Shown here: positions 61,274 to 64,000 of the stretch, in pieces
How positions within the stretch are numbered: the first letter of the stretch is position 1
How the letters are laid out: each line of letters opens with the position of its first letter
Source of the DNA: an uncultured Chloroflexia bacterium
Lineage (GTDB): Bacteria > Chloroflexota > Limnocylindria > Limnocylindrales > CSP1-4
Direction: 5' to 3'
DNA length: 64,000 nt
NCBI GenBank assembly: GCA_963712745.1
Contig: CAVQJC010000005.1
Span: 32,001 to 96,000 of the forward strand
Translations under genes and position numbers: made by a program
Notes under the pieces: generated by a model
Told to the model about the DNA's origin: nothing
The model's input: only the letters and a program-made list of their open reading frames with translations
The model's database searches: none

Positions 61274-61485
61274 CGTGCTCGCGAACCGCACGATGATCGA
61301 GGCCTTCACCGCTCGGGCCATCTCGCTCAGGACCCCTGAGCCTTCGCCGCTCGAGCCTGGAAGCCTCCCGAAGCATGTGCGCTACCGCTGCGCTACACCC
61401 CGACGGAGTTCGTGCCTGGCTACGGGTACACAGCGGGCCTCGATAGCGACAACGACGGGCCTACAGCGCTCGAACCGCACGATGA
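61274..61485 (-). repeat. Array repeat R9 (tRNA-Pro 5' half at 61364-61402, anticodon variant CGG)
   Basis: Same architecture; loop reads TTCGGGA on the minus strand. Confidence 0.93.
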
Positions 61486-61632
61486 CCCCGAACCGCTCGA
61501 AGTCGTGGACGTTGGACTCCGGTCGCAACAGGCAGACTCAGGGCCCGTGGCCGAATCCGGGTCCCGCGGTGAGGCACGGGTGGACTTGGGCGGTCAGCTC
61601 GCACCCATCCGCAGCTGTCTCGTCGGCGTCGC

Positions 61633-62229
61633 TCAGCGTGGCAGCGGGTTCGGGCCGGTCGCGGTCACGAGCCGCTGTGGCATCCAGTCGTCGACGTGGT
61701 GGAACCCGTCCTCGAACTGACGACCATCGAGCTCGACTGATGCTCGCAGCGAAAGTCGATAGAACTTCACGTGCGTGAAGTCCTCGAACAGGATGTAGAC
61801 GGGGTCGGGTGTGCTGTTCGGGCCTTGGAACTGCTGGCCCGTCAGGACGGGCTTGTGGACTTCGACGAACGTGTCGAACGTGTCGCCCACGACGACGCCG
61901 AGGTGTTCCAGGCCCATCTTGTAGACGCGCTGATGGACCGGGGGAATGAGCTCGATCATCGGAACCTCCTTGTCGTCAAGCGCCTCTAGCGGCTCGGCGG
62001 GAAGGATCAACGAGATCGGCCGACCGTTCCAGAGGTTCTCGAGGTTCGAGGTCGCGTGGCGCTCCAGGAGCGTCCGGACGTGGACGTACTGGTCCCACTC
62101 GGGCACGCGGAACGCAAGGTGGCTAAGCGCGTATGGGGCGATGTCGATGCCGCGCTCCAGTAGGCGGTCGCGCTGTTGGGCCGCGAAGGCTCGGTAGTCC
62201 CCGATGATGTCGCCTACCGGATCGGCCAT
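61633..62229 (-). CDS. VOC family (YecM-like) protein (module 10)
   Basis: SHLAFR, NLWNGRPI, IELIPP, GLEHLGVV, VKF; RBS GAGGAGG. Confidence 0.8.
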   Translation of the reverse strand: MADPVGDIIGDYRAFAAQQRDRLLERGIDIAPYALSHLAFRVPEWDQYVHVRTLLERHATSNLENLWNGRPISLILPAEPLEALDDKEVPMIELIPPVHQRVYKMGLEHLGVVVGDTFDTFVEVHKPVLTGQQFQGPNSTPDPVYILFEDFTHVKFYRLSLRASVELDGRQFEDGFHHVDDWMPQRLVTATGPNPLPR

Positions 62230-62334
62230 CGCCTCCTCCTCTCGGTCGCCATCGTACGATACTGTGCAGCGAATCTGGAAGCTCAGCGGCATCACGCCCA
62301 TCGGCTAGGCAGCCCGTCGCCCGGTGCGGTATGC

Positions 62335-62481
62335 CACGCGCGCGAACCGCACAATGATCGAGGCGTTCGCCGCTCGCGCCGCCGCGCTCAGGACCCCGTC
62401 GCCTTCGCCGCTCGGGCCTGAAGGGCCCCCAAAGCATGCGCGCTGCCGCTGCGCTACACCCCGACGAGATTCGTGCGTGGA
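62335..62481 (-). repeat. Array repeat R10: left arm plus tRNA 5' half (62425-62463), right arm missing here
   Basis: Similarity stops after TCGTGCGTGGA. Confidence 0.9.
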
Positions 62482-62788
62482 GGGGAATTGAGCGACTGAT
62501 CGACCGGGAGTGTCCGCCGGCACTGCTTCCATCCGTTGCATCCAGGGCTCACCGAGGACCTGCCCGATTCGCAGCGATTGGCGGACACGGACCATCCGTA
62601 GCTCCCGCCGAGCGTCGAGCGCCCCGAATGACAGCCCTTACAGCTTGCCTGGCCGGCTCGCCTGAGGCATCGTGTGTGCTGCAAGAGCGCAGGCTGACGG
62701 CATGCAGGGGAAGCTGCGCGGGAGGAACCCAGATGAACGCTCCCGACCCCCAACCGCGTGTCGGTGACATAGGCGGAGGTGGGGGCTC

Positions 62789-63000
62789 ATGATCTTGTTG
62801 GCGTTGCTGGCGGTGCTCGGGATCCCGATCTGGCTGGTCGTCGGGGTCCTCATCGCCGTTTGGCAGATCCGGCGCGCGGTGAAGCAACAGCCAGGCGTGT
62901 TCGAGATCCTGGTGCGAGCGGAGGACACGGACAAGTGGCCGCGAGAGCTGAGCTATGGCCGCGTCGTTCGTGATGTCCTCGTAGACAAGCAGGAGGTCGC
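62789..63000 (+). pseudogene. Truncated membrane-anchored hypothetical protein
   Basis: MILLALLAVLGIPIWLVVG... with RBS; the frame runs into leader motif B at about 63010 and loses protein-like composition. Confidence 0.5.
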
Positions 63001-63009
63001 TGACGCGGA

Positions 63010-63082
63010 CCAGCGGCCATGGTCCGCGAGCCGCGCGTCGTCGCCCCCCGCTACCCTCGATTATCCCGTGGCCGCCAAGCCG
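63010..63082 (-). repeat. Leader motif B, copy 5 (truncated)
   Basis: CAGCGGCCATGG...CCCCGCTACCCTCGATTATCCCGTGGCCGCCAAGCC. Confidence 0.75.
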
Positions 63083-63142
63083 GGAGTCAGAGTCAGGCGG
63101 CTCGCTCGAGCAGCCAGGCCACCAGCGTCTGGACCCTGCCGC

Positions 63143-63219
63143 GCGTAGATAGGGTACACATCGGGCGGCCCGCCGGCGGTAGCGGAGGGGCCTACAGCGC
63201 TCGAAGCGCACGATAGTCG
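63143..63219 (-). repeat. Orphan right arm of the array repeat
   Basis: GCGTAGATAGGGTACAC...GGCCTACAGCGCTCGAAGCGCACGATAGTCG without tRNA half or left arm. Confidence 0.85.
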
Positions 63220-63250
63220 GCCTTCGCTCGACCGCAATGGTTCCGTCTTG

Positions 63251-63859
63251 TCACATGGCCAGGCCTTCCGCTCGGTCGCGGATAGTGAGCATCTGCTTCC
63301 GCACCATCAGGAGCACGACGAGCCCGATCACCCGCATGGCGGCCGCACTCACGCGACGCGGGAGGGCCGGACGAGACCGGATGCGCTCGACGAGACGGGA
63401 CCGCCGGCCGCCCTCCATCGGCTCGAGGATGAAGGCCCAGCTCCAGCTGCCGGCGATGTCGCTGTAGAGGACCAGTGTCCGCTCGGGCTCGAGCTCGCGT
63501 ACGACCCACTCGTTGATGGGGTCGCCCACCGTCAGGTCCTGCCACTCGGGCACGATGCGGTCGGCCCCTTTGCGGTGCGGGAGGCCGAACACCGAGTAGC
63601 TGTACTCGCCACCCCGGTCATCGCCCATCTGCACGAGCCACGGCCAGACGGCCGACGGCGGGGCCGCGATCTCGAGGGTTCGCGTGTCGACGGCGACCGG
63701 GTCCACCACGAGGTCATCACCGGGTAGCGCACTGGCACTCAAGACGGGATCGATACCCCACGAGACCATGCGCTCCCAGATGCCGCTGAGATGCAGCGCC
63801 GTCGCCGCCGTCCCTACCACGCCGACGGTCGCCAAGCCGATCGCCAGCACCTTGCCCAT
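63251..63859 (-). CDS. SRPBCC-like protein
   Basis: LPGDDLV, IAAPPSAVWPWLVQMG..RGGEYSY, ADRIVPEWQDL, SWAFIL. Confidence 0.85.
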   Translation of the reverse strand: MGKVLAIGLATVGVVGTAATALHLSGIWERMVSWGIDPVLSASALPGDDLVVDPVAVDTRTLEIAAPPSAVWPWLVQMGDDRGGEYSYSVFGLPHRKGADRIVPEWQDLTVGDPINEWVVRELEPERTLVLYSDIAGSWSWAFILEPMEGGRRSRLVERIRSRPALPRRVSAAAMRVIGLVVLLMVRKQMLTIRDRAEGLAM

Positions 63860-64000
63860 GGGCCACCTCCCTTCGAATCGGTCGGGCGATCCGTTGAGCG
63901 TCGCTCAGGTGACGACCACCTCTCGGTGATTCCGTTGCCTCGCTCGCATCCCCCGCCGCAGATGCGGCCGGCTTGGTGGCGTGCACCAGCCTGGACTTGT

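Larger units (their letters stand above)
41715..64000. mobile_element. Tandem gene-cassette array anchored on tRNA-Pro (integron-like; continues beyond window)
   Basis: Ten repeats carrying tRNA 5' halves delimit modules of 952-4100 bp with accessory genes; no integrase in the window, so mobility is inferred. Confidence 0.8.

Noticed and set aside
45057-62463. Ten additional tRNA-Pro genes or trans-spliced split tRNAs
   Set aside because: Copies lack the T arm, the acceptor 3' strand and CCA; no separate 3' halves are seen
44963-62481. CRISPR array interpretation of the long repeats
   Set aside because: Repeats are about 210 bp, spacers are 1-4 kb and contain whole genes; no cas genes in the window
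44963-62481. Classical integron attC sites
   Set aside because: No RYYYAAC...GTTRRRY ends or whole-length palindrome is evident, no intI is in the window, and the core is tRNA-derived
44873-62595. Recurring short ORFs over the repeats (e.g. MIEAF...PEPSPLEP.RLPKHVRYRCATPRRG, MLWEP...)
   Set aside because: Translations of the non-coding repeat; starts, stops and frames are not conserved between copies

Overview
High-GC (roughly 70% by eye) bacterial window in two parts. Part 1 (1-41.6 kb) is ordinary chromosome: the 3' part of ppc, a large rhamnose/rare-sugar catabolism and ABC-uptake region, glnA, an ECF sigma with a beta-helix partner, resB, a Cys/Met PLP enzyme, GSCFA and WcbI-like genes, and a diguanylate cyclase. 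Two genes there carry single-base frameshifts. Part 2 starts at an intact tRNA-Pro(TGG) (41679-41753, minus strand). Its upstream side is a tandem array running past the window end, with at least 10 gene modules of about 1-4 kb. The modules are separated by a ~210-bp repeat: a left arm of internal direct repeats, the 5' half of the same tRNA-Pro ending just past the anticodon loop, a tRNA promoter-like -10, and a right arm. Cargo is integron-like (hydrolases, methyltransferases, F420-type nitroreductases, a sulfatase, a beta-lactamase-family protein, a RelE/Phd toxin-antitoxin pair), and 17 of 21 cargo genes are co-oriented with the tRNA. No integrase is visible in the window. The best interpretation (inference) is an integron-like cassette array that integrates at the tRNA anticodon loop, with each cassette supplying a replacement tRNA 5' half and promoter. 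All protein calls come from motif recognition by eye, not database searches.
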